Source of the DNA: Candidatus Hydrogenedentota bacterium
Lineage (GTDB): Bacteria; Hydrogenedentota; Hydrogenedentia; Hydrogenedentales; SLHB01
Assembly (NCBI GenBank): GCA_963668025.2
Contig: CAXXTH010000017.1
Coordinates: 704,001 to 768,000 of the forward strand
Length of the DNA: 64,000 nucleotides
Direction of reading: 5' to 3'
Part shown: positions 49,712 through 58,848 of the stretch, piece after piece
Layout: every line of letters begins with the position of its first letter
Numbering within the stretch: position 1 is the stretch's first letter
Translations under genes and position numbers: made by a program
Notes under the pieces: generated by a model
Told to the model about the DNA's origin: nothing
Database searches by the model: none
Seen by the model: only the letters and a program-made list of their open reading frames with translations

Positions 49712-51402
49712 CCTAAAAACGCCAGTTGAATCTTGAGTGTCGAGCAGGAAGTAGTTCAAGATAAAGAACATGGAAACAGAATCGCAACAGCAAGATGCTC
49801 CCCCATTGGGAGAGGAGGAATGGTTGTCTTTGGAGGCGCCGATTTTCGTAGATAGCTACGGGGGCCGGGTGCATGTGGAATGGGACCGGGAGGCGGCAAC
49901 GACGCCGTTTGGCCAGTTGGCGTTCTTTATCGATTTCCTCAAGACGGCGGAGCTTTTTGAAGCGTGGGTGGAGGACTGTCCGCTGGCGTACGCCAGCAAT
50001 AATGCGCCGCGCAAGAGGGATGTGCTGGGCACGCTATTTTTATCAGTGCTGGCGGGCCACACCCGCTATGCGCACATTGACGCGGTCCGTTACGACGCGG
50101 TGAACCCGGGCTTGCTGGGTATGAGCAAGATCATGAGCGCCTCCTCGGCGCGGCGGGCATTTATTCTGGCGGACGGGGAAGCCTGCGCGGGCTGGCTACA
50201 GAAGCACCTGCGCCGCTGTTATGAGCCGTTGCTTTATGAGCCTTGGATTTTGGACGTGGATACAAGCGTGAAGCCCCTGTTCGGCCATCAAGAAGGGGCC
50301 GTGCTGGGCTACAATCCGGCGAAACAGGGCCGTCCTTCTCATGTGCTGCATACCTATTTTATGGCGAACACGCGCTTGGTGCTGGACGTGGAAGTCCGGC
50401 CGGGCAACGAGACGGCGGCGAAATACACCATGCCTGGATTGTGGCATTTTCTCGATGGCTTGCCGCGCGCGGCCTGGCCGGGCATGATTCGCGGCGACTG
50501 CGCCTTCGGCAACGAACGCGACATGAGCGAAGCCGAAGCGCGCGGAGTGCCCTATCTGTTCAAATTGCGGCAGACCAGCAACGTGAAACGGCTTATCCAG
50601 CAGGCCTTTTGTTCTAAGGACTGGACGCCAGCAGGCCAAGGCTGGGAAGGTTTGGAAGACCGTCTGGAGCTTATGGGATGGACGAGCAAACGCCGGATAA
50701 TCGTTCTGCGGCGCAAGCTCAAAGGGAGTATCGTTCTGGAAACGGAGCCGCTATTGCCTGACCCCTCCCCCCAACTACAGCTCATTGAGATCCAAGCGGG
50801 AGCCGTGCAGCAGTATGAATACGCGCTGCTGGCCACTTCGCTGACAGACCCCCTATCGGCCTTGGCCCAGCATTATCGCGACCGGGGCGATGCGGAAAAC
50901 ATCTACGATGAACAGAAAAACCAGTGGGGGTGGGGCGGGTATACCACCCACGATATGAAGCGCTGCCAAATCATGGCGCGAATCATAGCCCTGATTTACA
51001 ATTGGTGGTCTTTGTACGTGCGCTTGGCCATTCCGGAGCGCCACGCCGAAGCGATCACAAGCCGCCCTCTGCTGCTGTATGGTGTGGGACAGCAGACCCG
51101 CCACGGAGGCCAAACCACGCTCACCATCACCCCCGTGCATGCGCAAGGACATGCTATGGAACAAGTTCTGAAATCCGTAAACGCCTTTTTATTGGAGGTG
51201 AAAGCAACTGCGCGGCAGTTGAACTGGAACGAACGATGGCGGACGATCCTCAGCCGGATCTTCGCCAAAATACTCGAGGGAAGGCCGCTGGCCACCCCCA
51301 ACCTGCTGTCGGCGCCAACGTAAAGAGCGGGCCAGGACAGTTATTTCTTTACAAAATTGGGCTGGAAAAATCCCAAAGCAAGTTCCTACTGCCTTTTTTA
51401 GG
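49712..51402 (+). mobile_element. IS1380-family insertion sequence with 5-bp target duplication
   Basis: Imperfect IRs CCTAAAAACGCCAGT / ACTGCCTTTTTTAGG; TTAAT at 49707-49711 and 51403-51407. Confidence 0.9.
49770..51323 (+). CDS. IS1380-family DDE transposase
   Basis: LDVDTS..G.QEGA..GYNP, RGDCAF, YRDRGDAEN.YDE.K. Confidence 0.92.
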   Translation: METESQQQDAPPLGEEEWLSLEAPIFVDSYGGRVHVEWDREAATTPFGQLAFFIDFLKTAELFEAWVEDCPLAYASNNAPRKRDVLGTLFLSVLAGHTRYAHIDAVRYDAVNPGLLGMSKIMSASSARRAFILADGEACAGWLQKHLRRCYEPLLYEPWILDVDTSVKPLFGHQEGAVLGYNPAKQGRPSHVLHTYFMANTRLVLDVEVRPGNETAAKYTMPGLWHFLDGLPRAAWPGMIRGDCAFGNERDMSEAEARGVPYLFKLRQTSNVKRLIQQAFCSKDWTPAGQGWEGLEDRLELMGWTSKRRIIVLRRKLKGSIVLETEPLLPDPSPQLQLIEIQAGAVQQYEYALLATSLTDPLSALAQHYRDRGDAENIYDEQKNQWGWGGYTTHDMKRCQIMARIIALIYNWWSLYVRLAIPERHAEAITSRPLLLYGVGQQTRHGGQTTLTITPVHAQGHAMEQVLKSVNAFLLEVKATARQLNWNERWRTILSRIFAKILEGRPLATPNLLSAPT

Positions 51403-51842
51403 TTAATGGGAGTTTTTTCGACAGGATTTACAAGATTTTTTGAAACACTTTAGCAACTAAAGCAGGTTTAGCTTTATAAAGAATCGTTGCGATCTTGTCT
51501 AATCTTGTGAATCATGTAAATCATGTCAAAAAAAAGCTGCCATTGCTTCAGTCCAGGGTCAGTCAAAGTATTCAGAACTTCTTGTTTTCTTGTTGAAGCT
51601 GGGGCTAAGGCGCTGGCGTGGGCGTTGTCCATACCCCAGATCGTTGAAATAACCGCCGCAATTTTCACCCATTATAAATCATAGCCTATCAAGCTGTTAC
51701 GCAAATCGATTCAAAACTTCTTGTTGTCTTTAAAGAAGTTGGAGTTTAGAAACAGGCCACAAGAGGCGCAGAAGACACAAACAACGATTCTTTTCTGCTG
51801 CCTCTTGTGGCTCTTTTTTAACACGATTGCCCGGTGGTATTT

Positions 51843-54800
51843 TCAGAGGCCTATCGCCGTATCGAAGTGGTCAAGCGTGCTCTCTCCACCGAATTCCTGG
51901 TCGAACAGATATGCGCCTTCGCGCACAAGGCAAACCGTTCCGGCTACATAGAACATCTCCGTGTCACGCGTCATGCGAATGAGTTTCTCTTTTTCTGTAA
52001 CCGAGAGCATACAGGTCTTGTAAATCACGGCATTATCCGCCGCCGCGTTAAGATGGCTGCGCGCCTCGTCCACCAAACGTGTGCGCACCTCCCCATCGGG
52101 GCTGTTATGCGCCGCACTTGCATAGACCATGGCAAGCTGATAATCGCTAAACAGGTGTATCAGCGCCTTGGTCGATTTCGCCATGTTATTTAATCGTTGT
52201 AATTCCACGTTCTCCGGTTTCAGCGCAAGGGCCTTGCCCATCATCTCCTCGCAACGATCTCCAATGGCTTTCTCCTCAGATAAGGTAAAACGTTCGAGCC
52301 ATGGTTTCATGCCGTCCGATGTAAGGGTCTTGAATGCTTCAGGCCGCGGTGCTTGGGGAAACATGAAACCCTGCTGCGCGATACTGGCCAAGGTGGTCTG
52401 CCCGGTTTGGTCTTTACGCAAGCCCGTGCGTTCCAAGTCGTCCATGCTCACCGCCCATGGCTGGCCCACAGCGCCCCAACGGTATAGATCGAAGCTCTCG
52501 TTGGCGTTGGACTTCGTGTCGAGGTGGAAGGCTTCTGTTAACCGGTGCGTGCCCGGCAGGGCTTCATACACATAATCGCCCGCTTCGCGGCCGTATTTGG
52601 CCCGGCACCAATTCCTCATGAACGTAGACGGGTCGAGATCCGGGTGCCACCACGCCACGTCCATACCGGCGACCGGACTTACCGCGCCCACCATACCGCT
52701 GTCAGGAGCCCCATATCGTTTGAGCTTGTCGAGATAAAGCGGCAAAGGCCAGCTTATATGGCTCATGGCGGGCGATATCGGCGCTACAATGCCGGGCCCG
52801 CCGGCCTCATACCAATGGAATAGATAGAGGAGCGAGAGCCCTTGGCCTAAGGCGGTGGAATCGGGGGAAAGCCAGGTCTGGACATCGAATCCAGGCGGCG
52901 TCGTGGCCATGAGCCAGAAACCCTCGATGTCGTTGCCCAATCGTTCTTTTAGCAGACTCATCCCCATGGTGGGCTCGTTCGCCAACGAGCGATCCTCTTC
53001 GGCCATTTTATTGACGGTGCCGCTTCCGAAGAAGAAGAACCGTAATTTAGGATTCACCTCGCGCGCCGTGTTGATGATGAGTTTCGTGTAGTCGATCTCC
53101 CTGTCCAAATAGGAGGACTGCTTGCATCGTTCGCAATTGCACAGCAATTCGCCCCCTTCATCGCTGGTCTGAAGGATGACTACTTCGAGTTCGGGAAATG
53201 CTTCGACCAATTCTCGGAGCATGCGCGTCACCAAGCGGCGAAACTCCGGGTGTGACGGGCACAGGCTAAGCGGGTATTTCGACTCTGGTTGCGCGAGGAT
53301 TCCTGGGTATTCCTCGGAAAGCACCTTGCGCGCGGACTCGAGGCCGATGGGGGCCCATTGAAGGGTGAAGAAATTGTAGAACAGCGTAGGCGCGCTGCCG
53401 TAACGCATCATGTCGGCGAAACGCTCGTGAAGCGCCTGCCGTTGTTTCTCGATCTTGGCGCGGTGGGCCTCTCCGCCCAATTCCGGATAGTCCGGCAAGA
53501 ACAGCAGGCGTGGCCAGAAGGCGCAGTATTCCGGCGACATGTTGTAGCGCCAGCGGCCGCTCACTCCCAGCGGCGTGGGCACCTCGTGGTTATGGATAGG
53601 CCAGCCGCGATAGCGCATGCGTGGCGCGAACGCCTGATCGAGCCGGGGAACGCCCCGACCCGTGGACCGCTCTTCCAACTCATACGCGCCGTACATCGCC
53701 CCCCGGCTCACGGGAGATGCGACAAGCAGTAGATGGCGTTCTCCCGATTCTAGAGGTTTCACCCAGAAACCATCGCCGTTCAAGGCCTCATCCGTCACCT
53801 CGATGCCGGCGGCATTCGCCAGCGAAGCGGCCAGCTTAAAATCCTTGGGCGCGCCCAAGACGATGTAGTATTTCCCCGGCAGGCCTTCCGGCAAAGCGGC
53901 TTGCTCCGGCTCCACCGTGATGATGGGGACTGTGTGCCCCACGATGGACTGCAATGTGCTTTGTAGCGCCTTCGCGCCTATCTGGATGGGTGAATCGGCC
54001 TTCGCCTGAGTGACGATGCCGTCGACTTGCGTGCTCCAGATCGGCTGGTTCATCAGTTCCTCTTCGGTGAAGCGCAGCGCAAACGGCTTTTCTGGCGTTT
54101 CCAGGGGAAGGCCTTTTATGCCGGACATGCGCTCGGAGAAGTCATAGCTGGTGGTTGAAGTTGTCGCGAGATACGCCTTCAGTTCCTTTATCTTGTCCCT
54201 TGTGAACGCGAGGTGGCTGGCGATATCTCCTTCCGTGAGGCTTGTGCGCATATAGCATGGCTGCATCTTCGAGAAGCTGGTGAGCAGATCGCAGAATCGT
54301 TCCTGCGTCTCAATATCTTTCTGGACAAGCTCGCGGTACTTCATTTGTTGCTTGCTGGCGGATTGCTCATCGCCCGCGGCGCGCGCCTTTTCTATCTCTT
54401 TCATCAGAGGATAGGCGCGGATCAAATTGCAGCGCTGCATGCATATCGCGTTGGCGAAGGCGATGGAGGAATGGTTCAACTCCGCATATGCTTTACATGT
54501 CGGGGGCCCATCCGGCCCTTCGTAATAGCAGATGCCGATCCGCTCCTCACTGCTGGCCGCGTCCACGGCCTTCTGCGCGTATTCAGCCGCCTGCGCCAGG
54601 TGGCTGTTCATCAACTCCATCTTGTCCAAGAACTCGGGATTCAGCCCGTCCAGGTTGTAAGGCAGTATCTTTTCCGGAAGTATCGCGGGGGGCAAGCCTC
54701 CGATCTCGGGTCCTATTTTAGCGAAAAACTGGCTTCCGGCCAGCGGAAACGCGGAGGACTGCACGTCGTTCCAGACATCAAAGGCTTTTTTCATCTCCTC

Positions 54801-56405
54801 CCAAGCGCCGCGCATCTCTTTTCCGGCCGGTTCGCCGAACTGCCGCCGCGACAGGCTATCGAGCACGTTCTCGATAGGCTGGTCCGGCTCCCATTCAAAC
54901 TCTTTGGTGATCAAGGCATTGATTGGATTCAATTCCGCCGCGATGCCGAAGATCTCCATCACGTTCTTCACATCCCATGCCTTATACTTTCTTAGGGCAT
55001 CGGCGGCGTGGTAGGGAAACGGCAGGTTTTTCGGGATGGCCTCGAGGCTATTGAATTCGGCCAGCAAGTAAAACGGGACTTCTTTTTCCTTGCATATTTC
55101 CTGTGAAAGGGTGAACTCGATACTGCGCTGCGCGGCGTCGGGAACCATCAGCGTGCGGTCCGAGCCGGTCCAGGAGCTCAACAATCCGTCGAATCCTTCC
55201 GTTGCGTGGAGCATCTTTTCAAACGGCTGGCCGGAGTAATGCACTGCGCCCCAAAACTGAAATTTGAACTCCGGCCTCTCTTCGTGGGCGGCCTCGGCCA
55301 GCAAGCTGACCAGCTTGGCCTGCGTCTCCCACGGGGTGGATGAATCTGGCGGAGAATCCGTGCAGACCTGCTTGCAACGTTCACACAGTTCGGGCGTGCA
55401 AAGCCATGCGCCCCCATCTAGGTTGTAGAAATTGACGCCTTTCACATCTGGATATTCCTGAACGAATTTTCGCATCATACTGCGAAGGTATTCCTGGCCA
55501 AGGGGGCTGCTGACACATAAGGTGGTCGACAGGCCATTCTCGTCGCCGCCCCAGGACCGTTTCACTTTACCGAGCGCCTCTTTCGGATAAAGATCATAAC
55601 TCCCATTGATGGGTTCGATGGTCGGTTCATTCAGGAAAATGTACGCATCGATGCCATATCGGCGAAGGAGCGCCGACATGTCCTTCATTCGTTGCTGGAA
55701 TACCGGGTCGGGGGGCGTCTGAAACGGAAAAACTTCGCTCTTGACGAATTTGCTTAGGTAACCTCCGATTCCTTGATCGGTCATTTGGTTGATGCCCAGC
55801 CTGGACAGATAGATGGCCATCTCTTCGGGAATGGCATCCAACGGAGCGCCAAATCCCACTTTGGTCAAGTACAAGCCCGTGCCCCGTTTCCGGTAATAGG
55901 GAACCTTCTTGATATCCAGTTGTCCCTTTTCCCCCGCGCCGATGAAATCTTCAAACGCATATACGCCATAGAGGACGCCCCGTGTATTCGCTCCGGCGAT
56001 GACGACGTGTTTGCCGATTTGTTTCAGGTGGAATCCATCGTCTTCCGGAGACACGTCCCGGATGTTGATATCTCCTTTATCGCCCAAGGCCCGAATGGCC
56101 CTAAGGTTCGACTCGCGTCCCAGCAGGAATTGTTTTTCCCCGGCGGCTTCGGATTCCGTAACGATGCTGGCGTCGATGGCGGCCTTCGCCAGGAAACGGC
56201 GCGTCATCTGGGCGGCGGTGTCTTCGACGATATCCCGTTCGTCCGCGACCACAATCTGATAGCCTTCTTCAATCCCCAGCGCCTTTAGCCCCGCTTGGAG
56301 CGCTGGCGCGTCGGTGGACGCCGCATCGGCATCAATGGCATAAAAACAAGCGAGAAGCGCCGCCGCGCAAAGCGCCCATGGAAAATAGTTGTGGCTGTTT
56401 TTCAT
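51843..56405 (-). CDS. Large secreted carbohydrate-active-like protein, paralogue C (two tandem modules)
   Basis: Signal peptide; GH67/GH20-type N-domain (DGFHLK...GANTRGVLYGVY) plus a Cys-containing barrel, present twice; GGAGG before ATG 56405. Confidence 0.75.
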   Translation of the reverse strand: MKNSHNYFPWALCAAALLACFYAIDADAASTDAPALQAGLKALGIEEGYQIVVADERDIVEDTAAQMTRRFLAKAAIDASIVTESEAAGEKQFLLGRESNLRAIRALGDKGDINIRDVSPEDDGFHLKQIGKHVVIAGANTRGVLYGVYAFEDFIGAGEKGQLDIKKVPYYRKRGTGLYLTKVGFGAPLDAIPEEMAIYLSRLGINQMTDQGIGGYLSKFVKSEVFPFQTPPDPVFQQRMKDMSALLRRYGIDAYIFLNEPTIEPINGSYDLYPKEALGKVKRSWGGDENGLSTTLCVSSPLGQEYLRSMMRKFVQEYPDVKGVNFYNLDGGAWLCTPELCERCKQVCTDSPPDSSTPWETQAKLVSLLAEAAHEERPEFKFQFWGAVHYSGQPFEKMLHATEGFDGLLSSWTGSDRTLMVPDAAQRSIEFTLSQEICKEKEVPFYLLAEFNSLEAIPKNLPFPYHAADALRKYKAWDVKNVMEIFGIAAELNPINALITKEFEWEPDQPIENVLDSLSRRQFGEPAGKEMRGAWEEMKKAFDVWNDVQSSAFPLAGSQFFAKIGPEIGGLPPAILPEKILPYNLDGLNPEFLDKMELMNSHLAQAAEYAQKAVDAASSEERIGICYYEGPDGPPTCKAYAELNHSSIAFANAICMQRCNLIRAYPLMKEIEKARAAGDEQSASKQQMKYRELVQKDIETQERFCDLLTSFSKMQPCYMRTSLTEGDIASHLAFTRDKIKELKAYLATTSTTSYDFSERMSGIKGLPLETPEKPFALRFTEEELMNQPIWSTQVDGIVTQAKADSPIQIGAKALQSTLQSIVGHTVPIITVEPEQAALPEGLPGKYYIVLGAPKDFKLAASLANAAGIEVTDEALNGDGFWVKPLESGERHLLLVASPVSRGAMYGAYELEERSTGRGVPRLDQAFAPRMRYRGWPIHNHEVPTPLGVSGRWRYNMSPEYCAFWPRLLFLPDYPELGGEAHRAKIEKQRQALHERFADMMRYGSAPTLFYNFFTLQWAPIGLESARKVLSEEYPGILAQPESKYPLSLCPSHPEFRRLVTRMLRELVEAFPELEVVILQTSDEGGELLCNCERCKQSSYLDREIDYTKLIINTAREVNPKLRFFFFGSGTVNKMAEEDRSLANEPTMGMSLLKERLGNDIEGFWLMATTPPGFDVQTWLSPDSTALGQGLSLLYLFHWYEAGGPGIVAPISPAMSHISWPLPLYLDKLKRYGAPDSGMVGAVSPVAGMDVAWWHPDLDPSTFMRNWCRAKYGREAGDYVYEALPGTHRLTEAFHLDTKSNANESFDLYRWGAVGQPWAVSMDDLERTGLRKDQTGQTTLASIAQQGFMFPQAPRPEAFKTLTSDGMKPWLERFTLSEEKAIGDRCEEMMGKALALKPENVELQRLNNMAKSTKALIHLFSDYQLAMVYASAAHNSPDGEVRTRLVDEARSHLNAAADNAVIYKTCMLSVTEKEKLIRMTRDTEMFYVAGTVCLVREGAYLFDQEFGGESTLDHFDTAIGL

Positions 56406-56488
56406 CACTAATCCTCCGGTCCGCGGCATCACATCAAGCCCTGCGGACATTTTCCTCGTTATCTGTGGGTATATTTGCCGCCTTTTGC

Positions 56489-58765
56489 TCAAGACTTTTG
56501 GCTGGAAACGGATGTTTTCGCGAGATACGCCTTCAGTTTTTCTATCTTGTTTTTGGTAAAGGCGAGGTGATCGGCGATTTCCTTTTCCGTAAAGCTTGTA
56601 CGGGTATAGCACGGCTTCATCTTCGAGAAGTCCGTGAGCAGATCGCAGAAACGCTCTTGTAGTTTAATGTCTTGCTTGACAAGTTTGCGGTACTGCGTTT
56701 CCTGTTCGTCCGCCGTTTTCTCATCACCGGCTTCGCGCGCCTTTTCAATCCCCTTCAACAGCGGATAGGCCCGGAGTATGTTGCATCGCTGCGTGCATAA
56801 CGCGTTGGCGATGGCAATGGACGCATAGTTCAACTCGGCGTATTCCTTGCAAGTCGGGCGTCCATTTGGCCCTTCGTAATTGCAAATGCCAATGAAGTCT
56901 TTACTGCTGGCTGCATCCACGGCCTTCTTCGCAAAGCTGGCCGCCTGCCCCAGATGATTGTTCATCGCCACCATTTTGTCCATGAATTCGGGGGTCATTC
57001 CGTCCAAGTTGAAAACAAGGGCTTCCTCCCGAAGTATTGAACAGGGAAGGCCTCCGATGGCTGTTCCCATTTTTACGTAGAATTGGCTTCCAGCCAAAGG
57101 AAATCCGGCGGATTGCATGTCATTCCAAAGGTCAAAGGCTTTCTTCATTTCTCCCCAGGCGGCGCGCATCTGCTTTCCGGCCGGCTCGCCGAATTGCCGC
57201 CGGGATACGTCCGCGAGCACGTCTTCGATGGGCTGCTCAGGATCCCATTCAAACTTCTTGGTGATGATGGTATTGATGGAATTATGCTCCGCCGCGATGC
57301 CGAAGACTTCCATGAGGTTTTTTACGTCCCATTGCTCATATTTCTTCAAAGCGTCAGCCACGTGATAAGGGAACGGCAGGCTTTTCGGGACGGCCTCGAG
57401 GTTGTTGAATTCCGACAGCATATAGAACGGGATTTGTCTCTCTTTACATAACTCTTGCGAGAGGAGGCAGGGGGCCAATCGTTGCGCGGCGTTTGGAACC
57501 ATCAGCGTGCGATCCGCTCCTGTCCAGGAGCTCAGCAGGCCGTTGTATCCCTCCGCTGCGTGAATCAGCTTTTTCAGAGGTTCATCCGCAAAATGCACCG
57601 CCCCCCAAAACAGAAAGTCGAAATCTGGCCTCTCCTCATGCGCGGCTTCGGCCAGCAACGTGACCAGCTTGGCCTGCGTTTCCCACGGGGTGCCAGAATC
57701 CGGCGGTGAATCCGTGCAGACTTGCTTGCATCGTTCACACAATCCGGGCATGCACAGCCATGAATGCACATCCAAGTTATAAAAGTACGCGCCTTTCATA
57801 TCCGGATATTCTCGAACGAATCGGCGCATCATATCGCGAAGATATTCCTGGCCAAGGGGGCTGCTGACGCACAAGGTGGGCGCCAGGCCTTCTCCGCTGG
57901 CGCCCCAATCCAGAGAGCGTTTTGTCAAGCCGAGCGCTTCTTTCGGATAGCTGTCATAACTACCATTGATGGGAATCATTGCCGGTTCGACCACTAATGC
58001 ATACATATCAATGCCATACCGCCGAAAGAGCTTCGACATCGCCTTCACCTGTTTCTGGTATTCCGGATCGGGGGGAGGTAAAAATGGAAAGATATCACTC
58101 TTGACGGACTTGCTCAGGGCGCCGCCGATTCCTTGTTCGGTCATTTGATTAATGCCCAACCGGGACAGGCAGATGGCGGTCTCCTCGGGGATGGGATTCA
58201 GCGGAGCGCCCCAGGCGACATCGATTAAATACAGGCCGGTGCCCCGCTTCCGAAAATAGGGAACCTTCTTGAGGTCTAGCGCTCCCGCCGCCCCACTGTC
58301 GACAAAATCCTCAAATGCATAGACGCCATACAAGACGCCGCGAGGGTTTGCACCGGCGATGATGATTTGCTTGCCGACTTGCTTCAGGTGGAATCCGTCA
58401 TCCTCCGGCGATACGTCCCGAATGCGGATATCCCCCTTGTCGCCCAAGGCCCGAATAGCGGCGGAATTTGCATCTCGTCCCAGCAGGAATTGCTTTTCTC
58501 CCGTTGCCTTGGATTCCGCCACGATGTCTGCTTTGATGGAAGCTTTTGCGAGGAACCGCTGCATCATCTGGGCGGCGGTGTCTTCGACGATATCCCGCTC
58601 ATCCGCCACCACGATCTGGCAGCCGTCCGCGATCCCCAGTTTTGCCAGCCCCGCCTCGAGCCTGGACGCTTCGGCGGACGCTGCACCGGCTTCAATGGCG
58701 CAGAAACAGGCGAGAAGCGCCGCCATACAAAGCGTCCATGGAGAATAGTTATGGTTGTTTTTCAT
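56489..58765 (-). CDS. Secreted carbohydrate-active-like protein, paralogue B
   Basis: Full-length similarity to both neighbours; GGAGG before ATG 58765. Confidence 0.78.
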   Translation of the reverse strand: MKNNHNYSPWTLCMAALLACFCAIEAGAASAEASRLEAGLAKLGIADGCQIVVADERDIVEDTAAQMMQRFLAKASIKADIVAESKATGEKQFLLGRDANSAAIRALGDKGDIRIRDVSPEDDGFHLKQVGKQIIIAGANPRGVLYGVYAFEDFVDSGAAGALDLKKVPYFRKRGTGLYLIDVAWGAPLNPIPEETAICLSRLGINQMTEQGIGGALSKSVKSDIFPFLPPPDPEYQKQVKAMSKLFRRYGIDMYALVVEPAMIPINGSYDSYPKEALGLTKRSLDWGASGEGLAPTLCVSSPLGQEYLRDMMRRFVREYPDMKGAYFYNLDVHSWLCMPGLCERCKQVCTDSPPDSGTPWETQAKLVTLLAEAAHEERPDFDFLFWGAVHFADEPLKKLIHAAEGYNGLLSSWTGADRTLMVPNAAQRLAPCLLSQELCKERQIPFYMLSEFNNLEAVPKSLPFPYHVADALKKYEQWDVKNLMEVFGIAAEHNSINTIITKKFEWDPEQPIEDVLADVSRRQFGEPAGKQMRAAWGEMKKAFDLWNDMQSAGFPLAGSQFYVKMGTAIGGLPCSILREEALVFNLDGMTPEFMDKMVAMNNHLGQAASFAKKAVDAASSKDFIGICNYEGPNGRPTCKEYAELNYASIAIANALCTQRCNILRAYPLLKGIEKAREAGDEKTADEQETQYRKLVKQDIKLQERFCDLLTDFSKMKPCYTRTSFTEKEIADHLAFTKNKIEKLKAYLAKTSVSSQKS

Positions 58766-58848
58766 CAGAGATCCTCCGGTCCGCGGCAAGGCATCAAGCC
58801 CTGCGGGTGTTTTCCTTATTATTTAAAAGTGTATCTTTTGCTCTTTGC

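Noticed and set aside
56406-56612. N-terminal extension of the 1589-aa ORF
   Set aside because: Overlaps paralogue B; the RBS and signal peptide match a start at 56405.
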